DNA of 64,000 nucleotides, taken from Thermoanaerobaculia bacterium. Lineage in GTDB: Bacteria; Acidobacteriota; Thermoanaerobaculia; UBA5066. The notes below the pieces were generated by a model, which was not told where the DNA came from, made no database searches, and saw only the letters and a list, made by a program, of their open reading frames with translations. Positions 30,637 to 40,743 of this stretch are shown here, piece after piece. How positions within the stretch are numbered: the stretch's first letter is position 1; every line of letters begins with the position of its first letter. Location: assembly GCA_963816185.1 (NCBI GenBank), contig CAWFJJ010000001.1, positions 448,001-512,000 of the forward strand, read 5' to 3'. The translations under genes were made by a program, and so were the position numbers.

Positions 30637-32790
30637 CTATCGAGGGGCCTCACGGTTCAACGCCTTGCTGCGGTTCCGGTATGCGACCGCCCGTTTCTTT
30701 TCGCCGAGTGAATCGAGGGTGCTCGCGGCCAGGAGGTAGCTTCTCGGCGAGGGATTCGCGCGGACCATTTCGTTCAGCTCTTTGTCGAGACCCGGCAGAT
30801 CTCTCTTCATGAAACGAATCACCGCCAGGCTCGCGTACGGCTCCGCATGCGCGGGAAATGCCGCGATCTCCTCCCGAAAGGCCGCTTCCGCGTCCTCCAG
30901 CCTATCCATGCGGGCCAGAGCATCGCCTCGAAGGAACTCGAGGTTATAGATCGCCCCGAGCCGCTTCTCCCGGGCGGCCTCCTGAGCCTGCCCGATGACC
31001 TGAAGCGCTTCGGCAGGCTTCCCTGCGCGCAACTTGACCTCGGCCAGGACCAGGATCGCGGAGGGCTGAGGATTGCGCGACGCCGCCGCGGCCCGCGCCT
31101 CTCTCTCGGCGGCAGCAAGGTCACCGCGCGCCAGCGCGATGCCCGCGAGGAGCTCGCGAGCCTTGGAGGGAACCGTGGCCAGCGAGGCCCTTGCGAGGCG
31201 CTCGGCCTCGTCGAAACGCCGTCGCCGGAGCTCCACAGACCCGAGCGCCAAGGAGATGTCGGGGAAGAACAAAGGCGAACGATCGAGAGCCTGACGGTAC
31301 GCGGCCGCGGCTTCCTCGTCGAGATCGGATTCCGCCAGGAGCTCGCCGAGCTTGACCCAGGCATCGAACATCTCCGGGTTCTCCCGCACGCTCGAGCGCA
31401 GCACTTCGATCGCCTGGGGGACCCGTCCTTGCATTTCGAGATGCCACGCCTCCTCCATCCGCCGCAGAGCCGGGAGATTGTCGGCGGGGTTCGGCAGGTC
31501 CGCGGTCTCGCCGCCGTCGCGCAGGGTTCCGAGGTATCCCAACGACGAAAGGCGTCGCCTGGTCTCCTCGTCTACAGACGCCGGTTTTGCGCTCCCTTTC
31601 GGGAAGCGGGACAATTCCCTCGCGAGACGAGAAACGGTGGCCGGATCACTCTTGGCCAGGTCGTGCTGCTCGCGAGGATCCACGACCATGTCGTACAGCT
31701 CGGGACGAGGCCCGTGAATGTAGTGGTACCTGGAGTCCAGGATGCTGCGAAGATCGCTCCACCCCAGCTGGAGACGCGGGAAGAGCGTCTCGCCGTAGAT
31801 CACGCGGCCTGCCGCTGCCGTCGCGCCGGCCGCGAAGAGCGACGTCCCGCTCACCTCCTTGGGCGTCGGAAGACCGAGCGCCGCCGTGACGGTCGGAAAG
31901 ATGTCCGAGAGCTGGACGGGAGCCGCCACGCGTGTCCCTGCCCCGGAGTTGGCTGGGAGCTTGACCAGGAGCGGCACCCGAATCGCCTCGCGATACAGGA
32001 AGATCGAGTGTTGCTGCTCGCCATGCTCTCCGAGGCCCTCGCCATGGTCGGAGGTCACGATCACGATGGCCCTGTCGTACACCCCGAGCTTCTTCAGGGT
32101 TTCGAGAAATCCCCCCACGATGGCGTCGGAGGTCGCCACCTCGCCGTCGTAGGTGGCCCCGTACCGGCTCCTGAAGGGCTCCGGTGGGTCGTAGGGGAGG
32201 TGCGGTTCGTAGATGTGGAACAGGAAGAAGAACGGCTTGGCGGTGTGCTCGCCAATCCAGGCCTGTGCGAACACCGCCGTCTTGTCACCCGACCGCTGGT
32301 AGTTGACCGACTGGACACCGGGGGTCGTGACGAACGAGTCCTCGTAGAAGTCGAAAAGAGCGCCCAGGCCGGTTTCGAAGCGCATCACATACGAGGAGAC
32401 GGCGGCCCCGGTCGCATAACCTCGCTGCTTGAGCAGCCGAGGAAGGCTTGCGTGGGCCTGGCCGTCGAAGACGAAACCGATGTTGTTCCTGACCCCGTGC
32501 TCAGGAGGGAGCATGCCGGTCAGCATCGTCGTGTGCGCGGGGAGCGTCATGGGGCAGGGCGAGTAGGTGTTCTCGAACAGCCAGGCGTCCTTCGCGAACC
32601 GGTCCAGAAAAGGCGTTTGGATCTTTGTATACCCATACAGCGGAAGGCGGTCGGCGCGCAGTGTGTCGATCGAGATCAGGATGACCGGCGCATCGGGAAA
32701 CGTGGGAAGGGCGCGGTCCCGCGAGCACGATCCCGAGAGGAGACCGAAAAGTGCCACCGCGGCGAGGCTCCCCCGGTTCACCCTCGTCAC
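30637..32790 (-). CDS. lipoprotein sulfatase-like + TPR, copy 2
   Basis: LSGSC lipobox-like; ISIDTLRADR, PMTLPAHTTMLTG, SDHGE, LSSLGYL, TPRs. Start GTG 32790 or 32781. Confidence 0.9.
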   Translation of the reverse strand: MTRVNRGSLAAVALFGLLSGSCSRDRALPTFPDAPVILISIDTLRADRLPLYGYTKIQTPFLDRFAKDAWLFENTYSPCPMTLPAHTTMLTGMLPPEHGVRNNIGFVFDGQAHASLPRLLKQRGYATGAAVSSYVMRFETGLGALFDFYEDSFVTTPGVQSVNYQRSGDKTAVFAQAWIGEHTAKPFFFLFHIYEPHLPYDPPEPFRSRYGATYDGEVATSDAIVGGFLETLKKLGVYDRAIVIVTSDHGEGLGEHGEQQHSIFLYREAIRVPLLVKLPANSGAGTRVAAPVQLSDIFPTVTAALGLPTPKEVSGTSLFAAGATAAAGRVIYGETLFPRLQLGWSDLRSILDSRYHYIHGPRPELYDMVVDPREQHDLAKSDPATVSRLARELSRFPKGSAKPASVDEETRRRLSSLGYLGTLRDGGETADLPNPADNLPALRRMEEAWHLEMQGRVPQAIEVLRSSVRENPEMFDAWVKLGELLAESDLDEEAAAAYRQALDRSPLFFPDISLALGSVELRRRRFDEAERLARASLATVPSKARELLAGIALARGDLAAAEREARAAAASRNPQPSAILVLAEVKLRAGKPAEALQVIGQAQEAAREKRLGAIYNLEFLRGDALARMDRLEDAEAAFREEIAAFPAHAEPYASLAVIRFMKRDLPGLDKELNEMVRANPSPRSYLLAASTLDSLGEKKRAVAYRNRSKALNREAPR

Positions 32791-34975
32791 CTGCCGAACC
32801 GCGGGTACTTCCTGGCCCCTTCGGACCTGTAGGCCGAGGCGGCGGCCGTGTCGCCTAGAGTCGTCAGAGTACGGACGGCCACGGCGTAGGCTTGAGGAGA
32901 ACCGTTCGTCCGAATCATCTCCTCGATGGTCTTCTTCGCCTCGGGGACCCTGTTCTGCGAGGCGCGCGCCATCGCCAGAGCCTGCCACGCGTCGACGTAC
33001 CAGGGGAAGTTCTTGACCTCTTCGGCGAATTCGGCCTCGGCTTCCGGCAGACGGCTCATACGGGTGAGGACGGTTCCGCGCAGGAGATGGAATCCGGCGA
33101 GGTCCGCCAGTCCGCGATCTCCCACCAGCGCTTTCACCTGCTCCGTGATCTCCATCGCCTTTACGAGGTTCCCACGTCGCGCCTCGATGTCGGCAAGGAC
33201 GAGATAGGAGCGCTTCCGCGTCCTCTTGGATTCGATCGATCGTCGCGCTTCGGCTTCGGCCCGCACGAGGTCGTTCTTCGCGAGATAGGCGCGAGCCTCG
33301 ATCTCGTGCCCGCCGGTATCTCCCCGGGAGACCGCCAGATCCGCGTTCGCGATCGCCTCGTCGAGACGGCCGATCTGCATGCAGACGTTCGCGACGGAGA
33401 GGAGGTAGTTCGTCCGGTCGGGGGGGGAGAGCTCCACCGTCTTTCGGATCGCCTCGAGAGCCTTCTCCGGCCGTCCGATCTGGACAAGGCCCTGTGCGTA
33501 GGCCTCCCAGGCATCGACGATTCGCGGGTTCCTCGCGAGGAGCTTCTCGAAGGTCTTCGTGCTCTCGCGGAACCGTCCCGCACGGGCGAGCCCCAGGCCC
33601 TCCTTCAAGAGCTGCAACGTGCCGATCTCGTCCTTGGGATCCGGGGGCGGTCCCCCCCGGTTGAGGACGTCATGGAGAGATACCCGAGCGACGCGAGCTT
33701 CTTCGCCTGCTCCGAATCGACGGATTGGGGAGCCTTGAACGCCGTCTTCCTCCTCTCCAGCTCGACCTTCATCGATCGGAGGGGATCGGGTTTCTCGGAG
33801 ACTAGGTTGCTCCTCTCTCCAGGGTCCTTCTCGAGGTCGTAGAACTCGGGCCGAGGTGCCTCGATGTACTGCCAGTGCCCGTCCACGAGGGACCGGAGCG
33901 CACTCCACCCGAAGCGAATCTTCGGGAAGAAGGTCTCGGCGAGGATGCGGCGCTCCGGGGGCCTCGTGCCGTACGCGAGGTCGACGATGGAGAGCGTCTC
34001 CGGCGGCGGTTGGAACCCGGGGAGCGAGAGAGTCTTTGCGATGGTCGGCACGACGTCGATGAGCTGGACCGGAACCGGCACGCTCGTTCCCGCGAGGGCC
34101 GGCTTCTCCTCACCGACTCTCCTGGGAAGCTTCACGAGAAGCGGGACCTGGATGTCCTCGCGGTACAGAAACACACCGTGCTCGTCCTCGCCATGGTCCC
34201 CGAGCCCCTCGCCGTGATCCGAAAGGAACACGATCAACGAGCGGTCGTAGAGGCCTTTCGCTTTCAAGTGCTCGAGGAACGTCCCCACGATTGCGTCGGC
34301 AGACGCGACCGCGCCATCGTAGGCGTTCGCGTAGCGGCTGCGGAAGGGCTCCTTGGGTTCGTAGGGGGCATGGGGCTCGTACAGGTGGAGAAAGCCGAAC
34401 ACCCTCGTCTGCTTCACGCCATCCAGCCACTGGATCAAGAGGCCGGCCGTCTCGTCCCCGGCCCTTCGCACGTATCCCATCGACTCTCCGGGCGACGAGG
34501 GCTCGATGTTGTCGTCGTAGAAGTCGAAGCCGCGTGAGATGCCGGTGGTTCCCGAAAGAACGATCGAGGATACGGCACCGCCCGTCGCGTATCCCTGCCG
34601 CTTCAGCATCTCGGCCAGTGTCGGAACGGACGGATCGAGACGATATCCCCCGTTGTCGAGCACACCATGAACCGCCGGGAGCGTTCCCGTGAGGAGGGAT
34701 GCGTGGGACGGAAGGGTGAGCGGGACGTGGCTGTAGGCCCTCTCGAAGAGGATGGCCTCCTGCCGCAGGGCCGAGAGGGCCGGCGTCTCGACCCCGGAGT
34801 AGCCATAGAACGGCAGGTGATCCGAGCGGAGGGTGTCGACGACGATGAGGAAGAGAGGCGCACCGGGATGAGTCGGGGCGGCCTCCCGGCTCCCGGGTCC
34901 CTTCCGGGAGCACGACGTGCCGAGCAGGCAGAAAAGCAGGATTCCGGCCCTGCGCGCGGAGCGCATCGCGTTCAC
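32787..34975 (-). CDS. lipoprotein sulfatase-like + TPR, copy 3 (frameshift at ~33655 in a C7 run)
   Basis: LGTSC lipobox-like; VVDTLRSDH, PLTLPSHASLLTG, LASLGYL in one frame; PDPKDEIG plus TPRs continue in the next frame. Confidence 0.87.
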
Positions 34976-37167
34976 CGCCCGTGCTCCGCCTGTTCGTGCG
35001 TGAAGCGCACGTCCTGGGGATAGAGCCGCCTTGCCTCCGCGAGGAGGGAGCGCGCACGCGAGGCGTTCCCGAAGCGATCGAGGCTCCGGACGGCCATGAG
35101 GTAGGCGAAGGGGCCCGGCACCGCGCGAATCATCGCGTCGATCCGCCGGGAGGCCTCGCTCATCTGCCCTCGCGAGGCCGAGATGATGGCGAGACCGGTG
35201 AACGCGTCGACGTCCTGCGGGAAGAACTCGAGCTCCTTTCGGTAATCCGCTTCCGCGAGATCGAGCTTGTCCTGGCGGCCGAAAATCTCGGCTCTCGCGA
35301 CGTGGAGGCCCGGAGGAGGGGTCGCGGCGCCGGCGATCTTCGAGGCCTCGTCGAGCTTCGCGAGAGCTTCCGAGAACTTTCCCTCGAGCATCGCGATACG
35401 GGCCAGGACCACGAGCGCCTCGGGGAACGCTCCCTTGCGGGAGAGGCATTTCTCGGCCCAGAGTTTCGCGCCCGGCAGATCGTTCTCCATGAGGTGGATC
35501 CGGGCGAGAACCTCCGCCGCCCGTGCGTCCCCCATCTCCCACGCCACTTCCGCGTGATGGCGGGCTTCATCGGTCCGGCCGGCCCTGAGCGCGAGGTTGG
35601 CGACGTCCACGATGTAGTTCGTGCGTCCCGGCGGAGAGAGCTGGGCCGTCTTCTTCAGGGCGGCGAGAGCTTCGTCCATCCGCCCCTGCCTCTCCAGCGC
35701 GGCGGAGAGGATCTCCCAGCCGTCGATCAGACGAGGATTCGTCTTGAGGAGGCCGAGCAGGATCGGGATGGCCTCCGCGTTCTTTCCCGCCTGGTGAAGC
35801 TCGACCGCTCGCTGCAATTCGACCATGCTGCCGATGGCTTCCTTGGGGTCGGGCAGGGGAGCCCCGGTCTCAGAGGCCGAGCCCGTGAGATAGCCGAGGG
35901 ACTGGAGCTTCTTCGCCAGTTCGGGGTCGATCGCCGACGGAGACGTGAGGGCGGTCCTTCGCCTCTGGGCCTCGGCGACCATCGAGCGGAGCTCGGGAGG
36001 CTTCCGGCCGGCCAAGTTCTCCTTCTCCGCCGGGTCCCGGGCGAGGTCGTAGAACTCGGGAGTGGGTGCCTCGATGTACTGATGGCGGATGGAGATGAGA
36101 GAGCGGAGCTCGCTCCATCCGAGCCGAATGCGCGGGCTGTAGTTCTCGGCGAAGATCCGCCTCTCGGGGGCGGTCCCCCCCGATGCAAGACCGATGAGGG
36201 AGGTCGTGCCGGGTCTTTCCGGAAAGCCCGGAACCGCCAGCGCCTCGCCGATCGTCGGGAAGACGTCGGAGATCTGAACCGGCGTCTCGACGCTCGTGCC
36301 CGCCAGGGCACCTCCGGGCAGCTTGATCAGGAGCGGGATCTGGATCGACTCGCGGTAGAGAAAGATGCCGTGCTGCATCTCGCCGTGGTCTCCGAGGCCT
36401 TCTCCGTGGTCGGAGAGGAAGAAGATCATCGCCCTGTCGTAGAGACCGATCCTCTTGAGCTCGGCGAGGAATCCCCCCACGATCGCGTCAGAGTACGCGA
36501 CCGCCCCGTCATAGGCGTCTGGGTAGCGTGACCGGTAGGGTTCCGGGGCCTCGTAAGGGGCGTGCGGCTCATAGACGTGGAGGAACGCGAAGAGGGGACG
36601 GGGAGCCTCGCGGCGGATCCAGTCGAGCAGGAGATCCGCGGTCTCCTGTCCCGGCCGCCGCACGAACTCCAGCATGCTGGTCCGGCGCTTCGACTCCACC
36701 CTCTCGTCCCAGAAGTCGAAGCCCTTCGCGATCCCGCTTTGTGAGTTCAGGACGATCGCCGAGATCGCCCCTCCGGTCGCATAGCCGGCCTTCTTCAGCA
36801 GCTCGGCCAGGGTGGGCGTGGCCGGATCGAGGCGGTAGCCCGCATTGTCGAGGACGCCGTGCTGACCCGGCTCGAGACCCGTGAAGAGAGAGACGTGGGA
36901 GGGAAGGGTGAGGGGGATGTGGGAGTAAGCCCTCTCGAAGAGGATGGCGTCTCTTCGGAGTCCATCGAGGGCCGGTGTCTCGATCTTGGCGTATCCGTAC
37001 ATCGGGAGGCGGTCCGAGCGGAGCGTGTCGACCGAGATCAGGATGACCGGGGCTCTCTCGAACCGCGGGCCGACGTGGGCACGCTGCGCCCGCCTGCACG
37101 ACGGGACTGCGAGAAGCAGAACGATCCCGCCGACGAGAGCCGCGAGACGGGCCGGAGCGATCCCCAT
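34972..37167 (-). CDS. lipoprotein sulfatase-like + TPR, copy 4
   Basis: LAVPSC; ISVDTLRSDR, PLTLPSHVSLFTG, SDHGE, LQSLGYL, TPRs. Confidence 0.9.
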   Translation of the reverse strand: MGIAPARLAALVGGIVLLLAVPSCRRAQRAHVGPRFERAPVILISVDTLRSDRLPMYGYAKIETPALDGLRRDAILFERAYSHIPLTLPSHVSLFTGLEPGQHGVLDNAGYRLDPATPTLAELLKKAGYATGGAISAIVLNSQSGIAKGFDFWDERVESKRRTSMLEFVRRPGQETADLLLDWIRREAPRPLFAFLHVYEPHAPYEAPEPYRSRYPDAYDGAVAYSDAIVGGFLAELKRIGLYDRAMIFFLSDHGEGLGDHGEMQHGIFLYRESIQIPLLIKLPGGALAGTSVETPVQISDVFPTIGEALAVPGFPERPGTTSLIGLASGGTAPERRIFAENYSPRIRLGWSELRSLISIRHQYIEAPTPEFYDLARDPAEKENLAGRKPPELRSMVAEAQRRRTALTSPSAIDPELAKKLQSLGYLTGSASETGAPLPDPKEAIGSMVELQRAVELHQAGKNAEAIPILLGLLKTNPRLIDGWEILSAALERQGRMDEALAALKKTAQLSPPGRTNYIVDVANLALRAGRTDEARHHAEVAWEMGDARAAEVLARIHLMENDLPGAKLWAEKCLSRKGAFPEALVVLARIAMLEGKFSEALAKLDEASKIAGAATPPPGLHVARAEIFGRQDKLDLAEADYRKELEFFPQDVDAFTGLAIISASRGQMSEASRRIDAMIRAVPGPFAYLMAVRSLDRFGNASRARSLLAEARRLYPQDVRFTHEQAEHGR

Positions 37168-37202
37168 GGCGCGCACGAGGATAACGTCAACCCCCGGTCG
37201 AC

Positions 37203-37235
37203 AAAAAAAATGCCCTGGCCCGAAGGCCAGGGCAT
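37203..37235 (-). terminator. intrinsic terminator after TBDR2
   Basis: Minus strand ATGCCCTGGCC-TTCG-GGCCAGGGCAT plus T run (cUUCGg loop). Confidence 0.9.
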
Positions 37236-37257
37236 GAAGAAAATCCCGCGAAGAGGG

Positions 37258-40200
37258 CTAGAACCTTGCCCCGAAGGTGAGCAGGTACTGACGGGGAATC
37301 TGGAACGACGGGGCCGCGCTGGAGCCGGAAGTCGGCTGGCCGAACGACGCGCTTTCCTTCCAGTTTGCTCCCAGGGCCGCGCACTGGGCGGCCGAGTCGG
37401 CTGTCGGGCACTGAATTGGTTTGTCGGTGAAGGGGTTGAAGCGGACGAGACCGGCGGAATTGGGGGTGGTGGTTTTCCCGGTAGTGACCGACGTGTTGAT
37501 GCCGGTCGCGTTGTTGACGAACGTGATGGCGTGGCCGTTGAAGACGTTGAAGACCTGCGGCATGACGAAGACCTCGACCGGTCCGATCTTGCCGGCGAAG
37601 TTGATGGAGAGGTCGGTCCGATAGACCGTGGGGGTGCGGAAGGCGTCGCGCGACGTGAAGTAGTACGTCACGCTGTTCGGCGGGCTTATGTAGCAGTGGT
37701 TCTGGTCGATCCCCGGCGTGCTGCATCCCAGGTTCACGTACGGACTCGAGTCGATAGTGCCGGCCGCGCCGTAGGGCGTGCCGCTGTCGATTTGCTCGAG
37801 CAGCCCCGGGGTGATGGTGACCGGACCGAGCCTCCAGTCATAGGTCCCGTAGAGGCGAACGCGATGCCTCTGGTCCTGGGCGAGGTCGCCCTTCGGAGAA
37901 TTCCAGGACGCCTGGATGTACTCGGGGTAGTTGAGCAGCGCGGACGAAAGGGGGCCGCTGCCGGAGTTCTCGCCGACGAAGTTCCCGATCGTGTGCGACC
38001 ACGTCCAGTTGCCGCCGACTTGCAGCATCCCGAACCTGTAGGAGAGGGACGTGTTCAACGCGGTGTAATTGCGTTCGGGGTTGTTCGAGTTGACGAAGAC
38101 CCCCAGGTTGTACTGGTTCCCGAGGGCATCCGAGACGAAGCCGGTGTTCAGGTTGCGCTCGAGCGCGTAGAAGTCCTTGAACTCGCGCCGCACCGCGTCC
38201 ACTCGGTAGACGAAGTTGGCGCCGAGGGTGCCGCCGAACCCGAGCGAATACTCGTTCGCGTTGGGCGACTTCAGCGGGTTGATGATCTGCTGGTTCACGC
38301 CGGGAAGGTTGACGATGTCCGGCTGGACAAGGGTCGGGAACACGCCCGTCTGGGCCACGCCGATGCCGTTGAACATCGTCTGCAGGACCTGGGCCGTTCC
38401 GGTGCACGTGCCCCCCGGCTGGCCGCACGTTTCGTTGATGGGTGCACCCTGCCAGAAGTAGTAGTAGCTGGCGGGCGAGCCGTTCGAGCTGGCGCCGCTG
38501 CCCGCGATCGTCTCCTGGATCTGGCCGACGTAGCGGGCGTAGCTGCCCCTCACCTGGAACTTCCCGTCTCCGGCGACGTCATACGATACGGAGAGTCGGG
38601 GGCTGAACTGGCTGTCGTTCGCGACGAGGTGGCCGCTCGAGTCGGTCGCGTCGTTCTTGTCCCAGCGGACGCCGAGGTTGAAGGAGACGTGGTTGCCGAG
38701 CTTCCAGATGTCGTTGACGAAGACCGAATTGGTCTTGAGATTGCTCCCCAGGCTCACGTTGGGGATCGGGTAGTAGATGAAGTAGGAGTTGGAGTCGATG
38801 ACGGGGTAGAGGTTTTGCGGGCCCGTCGGGACTGGTGGCGGTGTGACCGCTGTGACCGACGTCGGGTAGAGCGTCCAGCTGCTCCCGGACTGGAAGTTGT
38901 TCGAGTTTCTGAGCTGGGCGAAATACTGGTAGCCGAAGGAGATGTTGTGCGTGCCCAGGCTCTCCGAGGAGAGGAAATAGGTTCCCTTCCCGGTGATGTC
39001 CTTGTTGTCCCGGGTCTCGGGGCTGCAGACACCGCAGAAAACCGGGGACCACATCTGGCCGTAGCCCTGGTCCAGGACCAGAAGCGACGTGCCCCCGATC
39101 AGCGAGGTATCCGTTCCGCCCGAGTTCACGAACGTGAACTTCTTCCTCGAATACTGCGCCTCGAGGAAGAGGCTGCTCGTGAGCACGCCGTTGTAGTTGG
39201 CGGAGAAGAGGTCGGACGGCGTCTGGCGGTTGTAGAGCTGGTTCGTGTCGAGGACCGGAAGCGGGGTGAAGTAGTAGTTGTCGGCGTGCGTCGTCGTCCA
39301 GATATAGGACGCCGTAAGGGTGTGGCTCTGGACCGGCGAGATCGTCAGCTTCCCTTCGTAGCGGTCGTTCAGGTTCGTCTGCGGGAACGAGATCGTGGGC
39401 GCGCCGGCTATCGAGGCCGTGGACCCCGACGTCTGCTGCTTGTTGTAGCGTGCGGCGCCGAAGAACCAAATCTTGTCCGGCCAGAATGGGCCCCCGAGGG
39501 TGCCTTCGTAAGTGGGCACCCAATGGTCGGCGTAGGTCGTGTGGATCGGGGTCTGGGCCTTGGTGTTGTCGTTGTTCTCCGTCATGCGGAAGGAGCCGCT
39601 GAAGGCGTTCCCACCCCGCTTCGTGACGGCGTTGATGACGCCACCGGTGAAATGGCCGTACTCCGCCGAGACGGCCGACGTCATCGTGGACGTCTCCTGG
39701 ATCGCGTCCTCGATGAAGAGGTTGGTCGGCGTTCCGCGGACGTTGTCCTGGACGTTGACGCCGTTGACGTTGAAGACGCTGTCGTACGACATGGCGCCGG
39801 CGATCGTCACGGCCCCGTTAGGCCCGTTCTGGTTGACACCAGGGGTCATGATGACGGACGAAAGCATGGTCCTGGCGACCGGAAGCTTGTCCAGGAGTTC
39901 CGAGGAATACGTCGTGGTCGCCTGCGGACTCTGGGAGACGGTCTCGCTCTGCGCGACGACGACCGCTGCGGCGGCCACGCCGGCCAGCGCCAGCTTGACG
40001 TTCACCGCGATCTCTTGGCCGGACGAAACCTTCGTGGTTCTCGTGACGGTCTGGAAGCCGGACAGGGCGACGGTGACGGTGTATTCGCCCGGCGGCACGT
40101 TGGGAATGATGTAGTCCCCGTTGACGTTCGTCACGGTGTTCCGGGAGCCCTGAAGAGTCGGGGCGGTGGCCGTGATCGACACGCCCGGCAGGCCTTGATC

Positions 40201-40317
40201 GGTGGTGTCGCTCACGTTGCCCTGGAGTGTTCCGGTCGGTATGCCCTGAGCCCACACATGGTTCGCCATGAGTAGCGGCAGTACCAGTAATACGAGCCAG
40301 ATCTTCTTGTTCTTCAT
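37258..40317 (-). CDS. Oar-like TonB-dependent receptor 2
   Basis: Signal peptide, GLPGVSITATAPTLQG, SAEYGHFTGGVINAVTKRGGN, FNLGVRWDKN, C-terminal Phe (TFGARF); 1019 aa. Confidence 0.92.
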   Translation of the reverse strand: MKNKKIWLVLLVLPLLMANHVWAQGIPTGTLQGNVSDTTDQGLPGVSITATAPTLQGSRNTVTNVNGDYIIPNVPPGEYTVTVALSGFQTVTRTTKVSSGQEIAVNVKLALAGVAAAAVVVAQSETVSQSPQATTTYSSELLDKLPVARTMLSSVIMTPGVNQNGPNGAVTIAGAMSYDSVFNVNGVNVQDNVRGTPTNLFIEDAIQETSTMTSAVSAEYGHFTGGVINAVTKRGGNAFSGSFRMTENNDNTKAQTPIHTTYADHWVPTYEGTLGGPFWPDKIWFFGAARYNKQQTSGSTASIAGAPTISFPQTNLNDRYEGKLTISPVQSHTLTASYIWTTTHADNYYFTPLPVLDTNQLYNRQTPSDLFSANYNGVLTSSLFLEAQYSRKKFTFVNSGGTDTSLIGGTSLLVLDQGYGQMWSPVFCGVCSPETRDNKDITGKGTYFLSSESLGTHNISFGYQYFAQLRNSNNFQSGSSWTLYPTSVTAVTPPPVPTGPQNLYPVIDSNSYFIYYPIPNVSLGSNLKTNSVFVNDIWKLGNHVSFNLGVRWDKNDATDSSGHLVANDSQFSPRLSVSYDVAGDGKFQVRGSYARYVGQIQETIAGSGASSNGSPASYYYFWQGAPINETCGQPGGTCTGTAQVLQTMFNGIGVAQTGVFPTLVQPDIVNLPGVNQQIINPLKSPNANEYSLGFGGTLGANFVYRVDAVRREFKDFYALERNLNTGFVSDALGNQYNLGVFVNSNNPERNYTALNTSLSYRFGMLQVGGNWTWSHTIGNFVGENSGSGPLSSALLNYPEYIQASWNSPKGDLAQDQRHRVRLYGTYDWRLGPVTITPGLLEQIDSGTPYGAAGTIDSSPYVNLGCSTPGIDQNHCYISPPNSVTYYFTSRDAFRTPTVYRTDLSINFAGKIGPVEVFVMPQVFNVFNGHAITFVNNATGINTSVTTGKTTTPNSAGLVRFNPFTDKPIQCPTADSAAQCAALGANWKESASFGQPTSGSSAAPSFQIPRQYLLTFGARF

Positions 40318-40743
40318 TCGTCTCCCCCCTTTGAATCGGAATTAGAGGATGTTCTCTGAGCTATGAACAATATGAACAATTCGAACGACGCTCCCAATGA
40401 GTCAAATGAGTCATCTTTCAAGCACTTCGAGTCGACGCTTTCGGCAAGAATTTGGACGGGATCCCAAGAAACCGGAGCCGCGACTTTCTCCGCGGCCGGC
40501 CCCCACGAGGGCCTTGCTCGCAAGTAACTGGCTATCAATTACTTCCATAGCTCTGGAGATTACCTCGCGTTCGTATCGAGCCACTGATGACCTGATTAAG
40601 AGAGAAGCGTGCCACGGCAGCCGAACCTGCGCGTTCGAAACTGAAAATGGAAACTTGACGGTTCAGGTACGCGCGTTCGTACCTGAGCGAAGATAGAGTT
40701 CTTCGGGCATTTCGGCGAGAAGCTTATACGGAACTTTGGATTT

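Noticed and set aside
36859-40275. 1138-aa plus-strand ORF
   Set aside because: Antisense shadow of TBDR2; no recognisable motifs.
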